Under the pieces are notes generated by a model. It saw only the letters and a list, made by a program, of their open reading frames with translations, did no database searches and was not told where the DNA came from. From the NCBI RefSeq assembly GCF_963921235.1, contig NC_086097.1, forward strand, positions 110,858,001-110,922,000: a stretch of DNA of 64,000 nucleotides, written 5' to 3'. This document shows positions 51,184 to 62,594 of this stretch, in pieces. The translations under genes and the position numbers were made by a program. Each line of letters opens with the position of its first letter. Positions within the stretch are counted from its first letter, which is position 1. This DNA comes from Mobula hypostoma. Its lineage: Eukaryota.

Positions 51184-54100
51184 ATGCAAACTGAATTGGT
51201 AAAAATAATTTCCTATAATGTTAATGGGGTTTTGAATCCAATTAAAAGAAATAAGATCATGTCTAAATTGAAGAAAGAGAGGGCACAAATAGCCTTCCTC
51301 CAGGAAACACACATGAGCCAATCTGAACATGGAAAATTAAAAAGAATGGGCTTTAAGCATGTATTTTATTCATCATATAAATTGTCACAAAAGAGGGGTA
51401 GCTACTTTAATATCAAGTACTCTTAATTATGAACATATTTCAGAGACGAAAGACAAAGAAGGACGGTTTGTAAAAATCACAGGAAGAATAGGTACAGAAA
51501 TAACATTGCTGAATGTTTATGCTCCTCCAGGTTGTGAATGGTCATTTTATAGACACATTTTTGACCTAATGGTCAGTTCTCAAGGGGTAGTAATTTGTGG
51601 AGGGGATTTTAATATTAGATTAAATCCTGTATTAGATTCTTCAAGAATAGTTACTCAGAATAAACCTCTGACTCGGAAAATGAATTCATTGATGGAGGAG
51701 TTGGGAATTATAGATGTCTGGAGGGAATTACACCCCACTAGTAAAGATTATACACATTACTCTTTCCCTCATTCAGCCTATTCAAGGATAGACTATTTCT
51801 TTATCTTTAATACAGATAGACTCGGGATAAAAAACTGTAATATTGCAACAATTGATCTGTCGGATCATAGCCCAGTCTCTATGTCTCTAATCCTGGAAAG
51901 GAAAATGAGGAAAACATTATGGAGGCTAAATGCACATATACTCAATAACCCGAAAGTAATGGAGAGATTAAGGTGAGAAATCAAAGAATATCCAGACCTT
52001 AATGACACGGGAGAAACATCACCAGTAATCTTATGGGATACATTTAAAGCTGTACTGAGAGGGAAAATTATTTCCATTACCACTCACATGAAAAAGATCA
52101 ATGCACAAAAATTAGTAGACCTTCAAGGAAAATTAAAACAACTTCAAGTTGTAGATAGCAACAAAAGTAATTCAAATCAAAAACAGGAAATTAGGAAATT
52201 GCAAAGTGAAATTGACGATATTTATACGTTGGAAACTCAAAGAAATTTTCTTTACCTGAGACAAAAGAATTATGCAGTAGGAGGTAAATCAGCTAGATTA
52301 TTAGCATATAAATTACGAAAACAACGAGCAGACGATACAATTCATAAAATAAAGAATCCAAAGACAAAGCTTGTGGAGAGTACAATAGGGAAAATTCAAG
52401 AGAGTTTTGAAACATATTATCGAGAGCTGTACTCCCAATCCCGGGCCCCCAATGAGCCCTATATAGACAGTGTATTGAATTTTTTAGATCTAACTAAACT
52501 TACAGATTTACAAAATGAAAGTTTATTAGAACCAGTAACTGTCAAAGAACTGAACGTGGCCATCTCTAGGTTAAAGGCTGGAAAGTCCCCGGGTTCTGAT
52601 GGGTTTACCTCAGAGTGGTACAAGTCCCTGAAGACACAGTTAGCCCCATTACTACTTAACACCTTTAACTGGATCTTGCAGAGAGGAGAAACTCTACCTT
52701 CCTGGAGAGAAGCGATTATTTCAGTTATTCCTAAAGAGGGTAAAGATAAACTAGAATGTGGCAATTATCGGCCAATTAGTGTTCTTAATTTAAATTACAA
52801 ACTATTTACATCTATATTAGCGCGCAGATTGGAAAAGCTTTTACCTGGCCTAATCCACTTAGACCAGACTGGATTTATTCAACAAAGACAAACACAGGAC
52901 AACATAAGGAGAACTCTGCACATATTACAACAGGTTAATAAGAACGAGACAGAGACAATGGTAGTAGGATTGGACGCTGAGAAAGCTTTTGATTCGGTTA
53001 GTTGGGCATTCCTATGCAGAGTGTTAGGAAGATTCGGCTTTCGAGAAAAGTTTATTAAAGTAATTCAGACTCTATATGACAGCCCTACAGCCTGAATTAA
53101 GATAAATGGGGACCTCTCTGACTCCTTCATCTTAGAGAGAGGCACTAGACAGGGATGCCCAATTTCTCCTTTCCTTTTTGTGCTATATATTGAACCGCTT
53201 GCCCAACTAATAAGACAGAGCGAAATCGTAAAAGGTATCAAGGTGGCAGGGATTGAACAGAAAGTGGCGTTATTCGCAGATGATGTTTTGGTCTATCTGA
53301 GTGAACCGGAAAAATCATTTATAGGATTGTTTACACTGTTGGATGACTTTGGGAAAATATCAGGTTATAAAATAAATGTAAAGAAAACGCAGGTTATGTC
53401 CCTAAATTATACACCATCCAAAAAAATTGCAGGATACATACGATCTTAAGTGGGAAGCTAAATCATTAAAATATTTAGGAATAACCCTGCCGAAGGATCT
53501 TTCAACACTGTCACAGGTAAATTATGGGCCATTAATCTCAGAGATAAAAGCAGATATGCATAGATGGAATCTTATCCCCTTTTTAAGTTTAAATTCAAGG
53601 ATAAATACTATAAAAATGAATATTCTTCCTCGGTTATTGTATCTTTTCCGTACTTTACCCGTGGAGGTGGATGATAATCAATTCAGGGAATGGGACAAAT
53701 GGATTTCCCGCTTCATTTGGCAAGGAAAGAAACCTAGAATTCGATATAACACCTTACAGTTAGGGAAGGAAGGAGGAGGTATGGTTCTTCCTTGCCTGAG
53801 AAATTATTTTTATGCCTCACAGATAACCCCTCTGTTATATTGGTGTAATAGGGAATATAAGGCTAGATGGAAGGAAATAGAATTTGGATTAGTTGACAGT
53901 TTTCCTCTACAGGCCTCAATAGCTGACAAAGGATTGATGGCCCAGTTGGAAAAATTTAAAAACAGTTGGATAAATCTTACATTAAAAGTATGGCAGAAGG
54001 TGGTTAATTCATGTGGAATTAATAACATGTTAAAACTCTTTAGATGGTGTGCATATGATACCGAATTCCTTCCCAACAGAGGAGATAAAAGATTTGAGCT

Positions 54101-54968
54101 ATGGATAAAGAAAGGTCTTACAACCTACCTCTCATTTATAGATAAAAGTGTATTACAAAGTTTCCAAATCCTGCAGGACAAACATGGCCTAGAACACAAT
54201 GAATTTTTTAGGTACCTTCAAGTACGAAACTATATTAACCAGAGTTGTAGATATACAGACCTATCAACAGTAGAATTAGAATTTTTCAAGATTCTGAATT
54301 CGGCTTGCAGTTCAATACCTAGTAAATCAGTTTCTCGATTATATAATGCACTCTCCCATGCTAAAAATGTAAATACACTGTATATTAAAGAACAGTGGGA
54401 GAAAGAAGCGGGGTTGGTACTTTCAGAGGAGGCTTGGGGGAAAATCTGCAGCTTTCAATGGTCCTCGACTAATTCTTTGACTTGGAGAGAACATTGTTGG
54501 AAAAACATTATAAGATACTTCAAGACCCCATATCAGGAAAAATATAAAGATACAAACGTGACGTGTTGGAGAAGGTGCGGCTCCAAGGAGGCAAATCATT
54601 TTCATATTTTCTGGGATTGCCCTAAATTAAGTCTATATTGGGAAGGTATTCATAGAACATTAGTTAAGGTACTTAGGTCCCAGATACCTCTGAACTTTGA
54701 GACGCTCTATTTGGGGCATGTATTGTTTCTTGAACAGAAGGAAGATATAAAGTTGCTGCAGGCCCTCTTAGCGGCAAATAAGAAATCAATCACTAGAAAG
54801 TGGCTAAATCCAATACCACCTACATTAGAAGACTGGCACGAAATTATCTTGGAAATATTTAAAATGGAAAAGTTGACTTACTCCCTGAGAATTCAAAAAG
54901 AAAAATTTTATCAAATCTGGAATAAATGGATTGAATATATAACCCCAATGCGAGCAGACTTTAGATGA
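51184..54968 (+). pseudogene. L1 ORF2p (APE endonuclease, RT, Zn knuckle) with two frameshifts and two nonsense codons
   Basis: SYNVNG, LQETH, GGDFN, SDH, NYRPIS, LDAEKAFD, QGCP, LFADD, CWRRC...HIFWDC. Frameshifts near 51380 and 53425; TGA at 51974 and 53093. Confidence 0.93.
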
Positions 54969-57947
54969 CTCTCCTAATAATTTATACTGCTCTTCTCATC
55001 AACACAGTAATATTGCTAACGTAAGCACCCCTAGTCTAAATGTCTTTTTTTTTTGTTTTCTTTTGGAAAATAGAGAATTAACACAAGTAAAGGGAAAGAT
55101 TTGGGAAAGGGATAAAAAATGAAAAAATTAAGTAAATAAGTACATAGGGATTGGATAATTATGTCTGCAGGCAGGAGCAAGCATGAACAAATTAGGATAT
55201 AAACACCTACAATGGTTGTTACATAGGCTTATATACAACAATTTGGTCCAGTGGAAATGGTCCAGATGAGTTACATGGAAACTATTACCATTTTTCTTAA
55301 CAACTAATACCATTACTTAGCCTAATAGATTAGAATTACCACAGTACATAATTATCTATTTAAGTGTCTAATTTGCTTTTATATCATCTCAAATGTGTAC
55401 TTAAGAATGTATAAATAATTATAGTTTTATACATATAAAAAAATGGAAAAGGTTATATGTGTGAAAAAAGTACATATTTGTGAATTCCTTATCCAAATAA
55501 AAATAAAATTAAAAAAAAAAGAATTAGACATATTCTAAGAAGTAATCATCTCTCTTTACGTAGAGCTGTCTCATTTATATGTATAAAAGTTCAACTTGCT
55601 TATGCGTCCGGTCAGAACCCGCCGCTCCATTGTGAAGGTTGGCTCTCCGTGATCATCACGACAATAAAAGGACTTTGCTGCGAAGTGAGCCCAAAGAGTC
55701 TCCGTCTTTTTTATTCGGAATAAAGTACTAACTCTGCTGCAACAACCTCTTCCTAGAGATGCTGCCTGGCCTGCTGCGTTCACCAGCAACTTTTCTGTGT
55801 GTTGCTTGAACATCCTTGTAAATCTCTACTGCACCCTTTCTATGGTCTCCACATCCTTCCTGTAGTGAGGTGACCAGAACTGAGCACAGTACTCCAAGTG
55901 GGGTCTGACCAGGGTCCTATATAGCTGCAACATTACTTCTCGTCTCCTAAATTCAATTCCACAATTGACCAAGGCCAATACACCGTATGCCTTCTTAACC
56001 ACAGAGTCAACCTGCGCAGCTGCTTTGAGCATCCTATGATCCCCCAAGATCCCTCTGATCCTCCACACTGACAAGAGTCTTACCATTAATACTATATTCT
56101 GCCATCATATTTGACCTACCAAAATGAACCACCTCGCACTTATCTGGGTTGAACTCCATCTGCCACTTCTCAGCCCAGTTTTGCATCCTATCTATGTCCC
56201 GGTGTAACCTCTGACAGTTCTCCAAACTATCCACAACACCTCCAACCTTAATGTCATCAGCAAACTTACTAACCCACCACTCCACTTCCTCATCCAGGTC
56301 ATTTATAAAAATCACAAAGAGTAAGGGTCCCAGAACAGATTCCTGAGGCACCTCACTGGTCACCAACTTCCATGCAGAAAACGACCCGTCTACAACCACT
56401 CTTTGCCTTCTGTGGGCAAGCCAGTTCTGGATCCAGAAAGCAATGTCCCCTCAAAAAATTCAATCAGGCTCATAAGGCACAACCTGCCCTTGACAAAGCC
56501 ATGTTGACTATCCCTAATCATATTATACCTCTCCAAATGTTCATAAATCCTGCCTCTTAAGGATCTACTCCATCAACTTACCAACCACTGAAGTAAGACT
56601 CACTGCTCTATAGTTTCCTGGGCTATCTCTACTCCCTTTCTTGAATAAAGGAACAACATCTGCAACCCTCCAATCCTCCGGAACTTCTCCCGTCCCCATT
56701 GATGATGCAAAGATCATCGCCAGAGGCTCAGCAATCTCCTCCCTCGCCTCCCACAGTAGCCTGGGATATACCTCATCCAGTCCCGGCGACTTATCCAACT
56801 CGATGCTTTCCAAAAGCTCCATCACATCCTCTTTCTTAATATCTACATGCTCAAGCTTTTCAGTCCGCTGCACGTCATCACTACAATCACCAAGATCATT
56901 TTTCATAGTGAATACTGAAGTAAACTATTCATTAAGTACCTCTGCTATTTCCTCCGGTTCCATACACACTTTCCCACTGTCACACTTGATTGGTCCTATT
57001 CTCTCACATTTCATCCTCTTGCTCTTCACATACTTCTAGAATGCCTTGGGGTTTTCCTTAATCCTGTCTGCCAAGGCCTTCTCATGGCCCCTTCTGGTGT
57101 TGTGAACAGTGTAGAGCTGCCAAAGGATACAGTGCAATATAGATAAGTTGCAGAGAAATAGTAGATAGTTTCATCTGACCAAATGTGAAATATTGGACTT
57201 CGGGACTAAACGTAAAGGACAGTGGAAAGAAAGAGAGCCAAGACTGATGCAAGTGAATTTGAACTGTAAGTGTATCATTAAATCTACTGAGTTGACAGCA
57301 AATGGTTTTTGCCTTAGAACTAAATTAATATCTCAGCAAAACTGAAACTCTGATGACTCTGCAACTTTGAACAGTCCTGAATATGAATGGCTGTGAATGG
57401 TCTATTACATATTGCAACTTCTTTTAAAAAGCATTTAAATATGTAACGCAAAACACCACAAGTGTACAGATTCAATAATGGAAACTGTTCCTGATGTGGT
57501 ATTAAAAAACTGTTCTTGAGTATTAGGACAAAAATGCTAAAGACACAATTTCAATTCATGGCTTAGTATCTTGATGATTACTACTTTTAATGAACATTTT
57601 TGTACCGGATTATGGTGTTTACATCATGACTCAAAATGAAAAGGGAAATGAAGTGAAGGTGACATACAAAAGTCATACAGCACAGAAACAAGGCCCTTCG
57701 GCTCAACTGGTCCATGCCAAGCAAGATTCCCATTTATACTGCTCCCTTTTGCCCATGATTAGCCCATATTGCTCTAAACCTGTCCTATCCACATACCTAT
57801 TCAAGGGACCATCCTAGTAGATGTTCACATCCTTTGGCAAATCAAGTGCTGCACACAGTAATCCAGTTGTAGCCCAACCACTGTTTTACACAAGTTCAAC
57901 ACAGCCTTTCTGCTTTTTTTAAATTCTGTATCAGTATTTACTAATTC

Positions 57948-58540
57948 TACTGGACAACAAAGATTTTGCTTCCTGAAAACTTTTGGGTGTATTTTAGGGA
58001 TTCTGGGCCGCGGATCAAGAAAATTGCCATGAAGTTTCCTTTCCATGCAGCATTTTCTTGAAATCGCCTATATTTGTTATCTCAATTCATAATTAAAGTC
58101 AGAATAACTGATGCCAAAATTAAGCAAGGTCCACAGCATCAAACAGGTCATCAATGACAAGCAATTTGAAACTTTAGTGGGACGGGAAAAAATTACATGG
58201 AAGGCATCTAAGGATGTTGCTGAAAATCTTCTTGACAAGTATAGAGCATCAAACTACGTGCAGCTGGTGGTCAAAATACTTCAAGCATATAAAATGACAA
58301 GTGCAACATGTCACTAAAGATTCATTTTCTGCATTCCCTGCAAATCTTGACATTGTCAGTGATGAGCATAGTGAAAGGTTTCACCAGGACATTGGAGAAA
58401 CCGTATCAGGGCAACTAGAATCCATCAATACTGGCTAATTAGTGTTGGACACTTAACCGAGAAACCTTAGACACTGAGCACAAACGAAAAGATCAAAATT
58501 TTTTTTTAGCTTAGTTGAACTATTACGATGCAATTAAACA
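57948..58540 (+). mobile_element. Chapaev3-like (CMC superfamily) DNA transposon deletion derivative
   Basis: Degenerate RITDAKIK...KQVINDKQFE...WKA.KDV.EN...MSLKIHFLH...VSDEH(S)ERFHQDI...LANxCWTL motifs; (c/t)actggacaac terminus. Confidence 0.6.
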
Positions 58541-59142
58541 TTGATGCTGCCTGGCCTGCTGAGTTCTTCCAGCATTTTGTGTGTGTTGCTTGGACTTCAA
58601 GCATCTGCAGATTTTCTCTTGTTTATGATCCAAAACGTTTATTTTTCCTACCATCAGTGCACCATAACCACTGTACACTGCCGTTACTTGCCTAGACTAC
58701 ATCAAGGACACGTATCTAAAACACGTTTTAAACTTGCAAACTCTAACAATGGAGGGGAAAAGGAGAACAATATAACCACCTGCAAGCTCTGGTAAAATCA
58801 CAAACCATCCTTCATTGTTGCTGGTGTTAAGAACTTGAACTTATCAACTTTCTTAATTTGGGTATACCTTCATTAGGAATACTGTGGCTCAAAATATGGC
58901 TGACTACCACCTTCTTGAATGCAATGTTGCTTGCATCTCAAAGTAATTATAAATATATTAAAGACGAAGTAAGCCCAAATGCACCACTTTCAGAGTGAGC
59001 AATGTAATAACCTATTCAATTGTCATAGTCATAGTCATACTTTATTGATCCCGGGGGAAATTGGTTTTCGTTTTAACGTTGAAGCTGTCATTTTAATGTT
59101 GATATATTTAAAAGAAGCAAACCAGAGCTCCAAAAATCTTAC

Positions 59143-59218
59143 CTCTATCTGATATCCGAAAAGGTGACATACAAGAACTTTTCTCATGGACTCCAAGCTG
59201 ATCTTCAAGTGAATGAAT
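59143..59218 (-). CDS. GOLGA4: Golgin A4 exon (IHSLEDQLGVHEKSSCMSPFRISDR+G)
   Basis: 76 nt, ttttccAG acceptor and GTaag donor, phase 0/1. Similar to human IHNLEDRLKKYEK. Follows a 75-bp intron. Confidence 0.9.
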
Positions 59219-59293
59219 CTGGAAAATAATTAACTATTCAGCTGAATCTGGACTGAGAAACTAACCAATAGGAAATAAAAAGTTTGCTTTTAC

Positions 59294-59362
59294 CTGCTCT
59301 CTAAATTCCTGTTCCTGGAGTTTGGCATCACTGAGAAGTGTGGTCTTTTGTGCTAATTGTGC
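59294..59362 (-). CDS. GOLGA4: Golgin A4 coiled-coil exon (AQLAQKTTLLSDAKLQEQEFREQ)
   Basis: 69 nt bounded by AG and GT, phase 0/0. Closely matches the recalled human sequence TQLAQKTTLISDSKLKEQEFREQ. Confidence 0.93.
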
Positions 59363-59891
59363 CTGATAGGTGAAATTAAGATATCACAGAAATAAACACA
59401 AAGCTTAACTAATATCACAAATTAGTTGCAATGCAAATAGTGAGATAGTTTCACAGGTTTCAGCCCAGTAGGTTTAATTTACAAACAATCCAATATTTCA
59501 ACCAATCAAAATAAGTGATGAATAATATGTCAAACTTGATATAGAAACATCCTCAAGAAATTCAGAAAAACTAGATTTTATGCATTGGATGGCACAGTAA
59601 AGCAACTGTTAGCATAGTGCAAAATATCCCTCTAGTGTTTGTAGATCTCGTACTGGAGATGCATTATCACTTCACTCTGCCACTTTGTTGTTGGTCCACG
59701 TTGTCATCATCTCGGTCCTCAACTTGCCTTTATTGGGATCTTCCTCCTCGTTAACCTCCATTCTGGAGTTTAAGTTAAATGGTGAAGTTATTGCCTATGG
59801 ATAGTGTTGGGGGGGGGGGTGTGTTATAGGGAATGGGTGCTATGACCTGGGGGTTGTGCGGTAGCTACTTGAGGGGTGTTGTGGGGAGGGT

Positions 59892-60185
59892 GGGCACGTG
59901 GCCAAGTGGTTAAGGCATTGGACTAGCGACCTGAAGGATGTGAGTTCGAGCCCCAGCCGAGGCAACGTGTTGTGTCCTTGAGCAAGGCACTTAATCACAC
60001 ATTGCTCTGCGATGACACTGGTGCCAAGCTGTATGGGTCCTAATGCCCTTCCCTTGGACAACATTGGTGTCGTGGACAAGGGAGACTTGCAGCATGGGCA
60101 ACTGCCGGTCTTCCATACAACCTTGCCCAGGCTTGCACCCTGGAGAGTGAAGACTTTCCAGGCGCAGATCCATGGTCTCGCAAGA
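59892..60185 (+). mobile_element. tRNA-derived SINE with a CORE-like segment
   Basis: A box TGGCCAAGTGG, B box GAGTTCGAGCC, then gtgtccttgagcaaggcacttaa. Perfect 12-bp TSD tgtggggagggt at 59880-59891 and 60186-60197. Confidence 0.9.
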
Positions 60186-60339
60186 TGTGGGGAGGGTCAG
60201 GCCCAGGGGTAGCGTTAGGTAATGAGGGTGGAGGATTCACTGCGAAGGGAGGTGGGGTGGCAACTGGCAGCATTGGGGGGGGGAGGGGTTCTGCAGGACT
60301 TTGCAGTGGTGGGGAGGGCTGAAAGAGGAACTGAACAGC

Positions 60340-61010
60340 TGGTGATATTAGGTGATTTGACCCCTTGGTGGGGTGAGAGCTTGGGTTTATGGGGGTGTGT
60401 AGGAGGGTTGGAGATGTTAGGTTTAGGGGTAGGAAAAAGGACCGGGGATGCGAGAGGGAATGGTGGGGGCAGCTGTTACGTAAGCCCCTTTGTGGGGTGT
60501 GGCTTGGGTTATTTGGGATGCTGTTCAGTTTAGTTGGGGTGCGCAGGCCATTGGAAGTTAGGATTAGGGTGAAGTGTAGGGTTGGGGATGTTTGTGGGGT
60601 GGCGTGTTAGTGTTAAACTGGTGATGTGGGGTGACCTTGGCCCCTTGGTGGAGAGAGGGCTCAGGTTTATGGCGGTGCGTAGGATGGGTCAAGTTGTTAG
60701 ATTTAGGGATAGGGCTGAGGAATGTGGATGCAGGCCTCCCCATATGGGGGGGGGGGGAGAGCAACATGGGACCCAGTGTTAAGTAGGCCCCTTTGCGGGG
60801 GTGTGGCCAGGGTTATCTGGGGGAGTGTTGTCTGGTTTAGTTTGGGTGTGTGGTCTTTTGGATGTTAGGATTTTAGGTTGGGGGGGTAGGGTCAAGGGAT
60901 GTCTGGGGGGTGCCGGGAGGTAGAACTGGTGGTGTGGGGCGAGTTTGGCCCCTGGCGAGAAGAGGACTTAGGTTTATGGGGGTGTGAGGATGTTAGGTTT
61001 CAGGGCAGGG
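60340..61010. repeat. Degenerate ~300-bp G-rich tandem repeat (~2.3 copies)
   Basis: gcccctttg...gtgtggc at ~60485 and ~60787; cccct(t)gg at 60361, 60641 and ~60949. Confidence 0.75.
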
Positions 61011-61438
61011 CCATGTGACGGAGATGCATTCTTCCCCTTGGGGGGAAGTTGGGGGGTTGTGGTGAGTGCTGTGTCTGGATCAAACTGGTCGTTAGGAGTC
61101 TATTCTTCCTGGTGGTTATTCATTGTAGTTATACTTTCTACATTTATCCCTCTCTATTCCGTTTAGGTGTTACTATTTGGGGAATTAGGTTCTGTCTGGG
61201 GCCTAGTTGTTAAGCTCTATTTCCAAAGTAAGACGTACCTTTCCTATTTAATGGTCACCTGTCTTAATTTTGTTTCTGGGTGGGTGACTGAAGGGGACCT
61301 CCTCTTCCTCCCTAGTCTGGTTTTCTCAATAATTTTCTTAATTATTGGGTGCAGTGTTGGCCCTTTAGTGGGTATATTTTACTTTCCTGGCCTAGCTTTT
61401 TAGGCCTCGTTTAGGCCGTTTGGGGACTAGTTCATACA

Positions 61439-61970
61439 TAGGGTTGCCAACTGTCCCATATTAGCCAGGACATCCCGAATATTGGGCTAAATTGGTTTGT
61501 CCCATACGGGACCGCCCTTGTCCCGTATTTCCCCTGCTAAGGTAGAGCGTTCCTATGAAACCGTTCATAAGCCGAAATAGCGTAAAGTGAAGAAGCATTT
61601 ACAATTAATTTATAGGGGAAAACATTTTGAGCATTCTTAGACCCAAAAAATAACCTACCAAATCATACCAAATAACCCATAAAACCTAAAATAACACTAA
61701 CATATAATAAAAGCAGGAATGATATGACAAATACACAGCCTATATAAAGTAGAAATAATGTATGTACAGTGTAGTTTCACTTAATAGAATCAGGAAGATT
61801 AAGCCAAAACCGATTTGTAGAAAAAAAAATCGGCACATACACGCACACGCACACAGGTGCCCACGCAAGGCTTCATCGTCATGGTAGTCTTTCTCGGGGT
61901 AAACACAAGTGTCCCATATTTGACTGCTACTTTTGTTCCTTATTTGGCAGTGAGAAATTTGGCAACCCTA
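61439..61970. mobile_element. hAT-type MITE
   Basis: TIRs TAGGGTTGCCAA...TTGGCAACCCTA; 8-bp TSD ttcataca/ttcgtaca. Confidence 0.88.
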
Positions 61971-62352
61971 TTCGTACAGCACCAGTAATCAGAAGACTGA
62001 GGTTCAATTCCTGCCACTGACTGGAAGAAGTATGTATGTTCTCCCCATGGCTGCCCGTGTTTCCTCCAAATGCTCTGGTTTTGTGGTATATTGCAAAAGA
62101 TGCACAGGTTAGGATTAGTAAGTTGTGGGCATACTATATTGGTGCCAGAAACACGCTTTCACTTCTGTGCCGTCCCCAGAACATCCTTGGATTGTGTTGG
62201 TTGTGGACACAAACAATGCATTTCACTCCATGTTTTGATGTAAAGTACGTGACCATTAAAACTTAAATATTTAAATATCCCTTTAAATATTTCAGTGTCT
62301 TCTTGAACTTTAGCTTTGAAATAAGTAAGTAAACATTGAAATAATGTCTCAC

Positions 62353-62382
62353 CTTCAATTCTGTTACTGTGTGAAGATGTCC
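62353..62382 (-). CDS. GOLGA4: Candidate 30-nt micro-exon of golgin A4 (GHLHTVTELK)
   Basis: Minus strand reads ...ttttttaatgttgattcatgcAG|ggacatcttcacacagtaacagaattgaag|GTgaga. The phase-0 end joins the next exon (AQLAQKTT). It resembles the mammalian 'VTIMELQ' segment that precedes TQLAQKTT. Confidence 0.55.
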
Positions 62383-62594
62383 CTGCATGAATCAACATTA
62401 AAAAAAATACTTCAAAATACACATTATTGTTTTCTGTTACAACTAAGTTACACCTTCATAAACAGAATCCATAGTTTACGATAGTCTTTATCAAAACCGT
62501 CTGCTAACAGTACAGAATAGTTCCCAGAACCCATACAATAAAAAAACATTTATGGAACCCTAAAAGATATGTTGGGTTTTTTTGTTCAGGTGGC

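Larger units (their letters stand above)
49693..55518 (+). mobile_element. Full-length L1-clade LINE, antisense in a GOLGA4 intron
   Basis: ORF1, ORF2, AATAAA plus poly-A. TSD aagaatt at 49686-49692 and 55519-55525. Confidence 0.95.
49526..55744 (+). mobile_element. Solo LTR of about 386 bp (49526-49692 and 55526-55744)
   Basis: TG...CA termini; perfect 5-bp TSD acctc at 49521-49525 and 55745-55749; tataaaa and aataaa in the right half. Confidence 0.85.
49356..55808. mobile_element. Foldback mini-Penelope element (49356-49525 and 55745-55808)
   Basis: Inverted pseudo-LTR arms meet at ~49490 inside the hammerhead core; 13-bp TSD. Confidence 0.85.
48899..57096 (-). mobile_element. CR1 LINE split by a nested stack (48899-49355 and 55809-57096)
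   Basis: RT motifs on both sides; 13-bp duplication aacatccttgtaa at 49343-49355 and 55809-55821. Confidence 0.92.
59588..62262 (+). mobile_element. tRNA-derived V-type SINE split into a head (59588-59620) and a body (~61975-62262)
   Basis: A-box-like tggcacagtaaagcaactgttagc, B-box ggttcaattcc near 62000, and V-domain-like gtatgttctccccatgg...gtttcctcc. Confidence 0.55.

Noticed and set aside
59892..59962. tRNA-like sequence with A and B boxes
   Set aside because: It continues into a SINE body and is bounded by a 12-bp TSD, so it is a SINE head, not a tRNA gene.
60410..61000. TTAGGG-like words as interstitial telomere
   Set aside because: The words are isolated and degenerate, not a tandem hexamer array.
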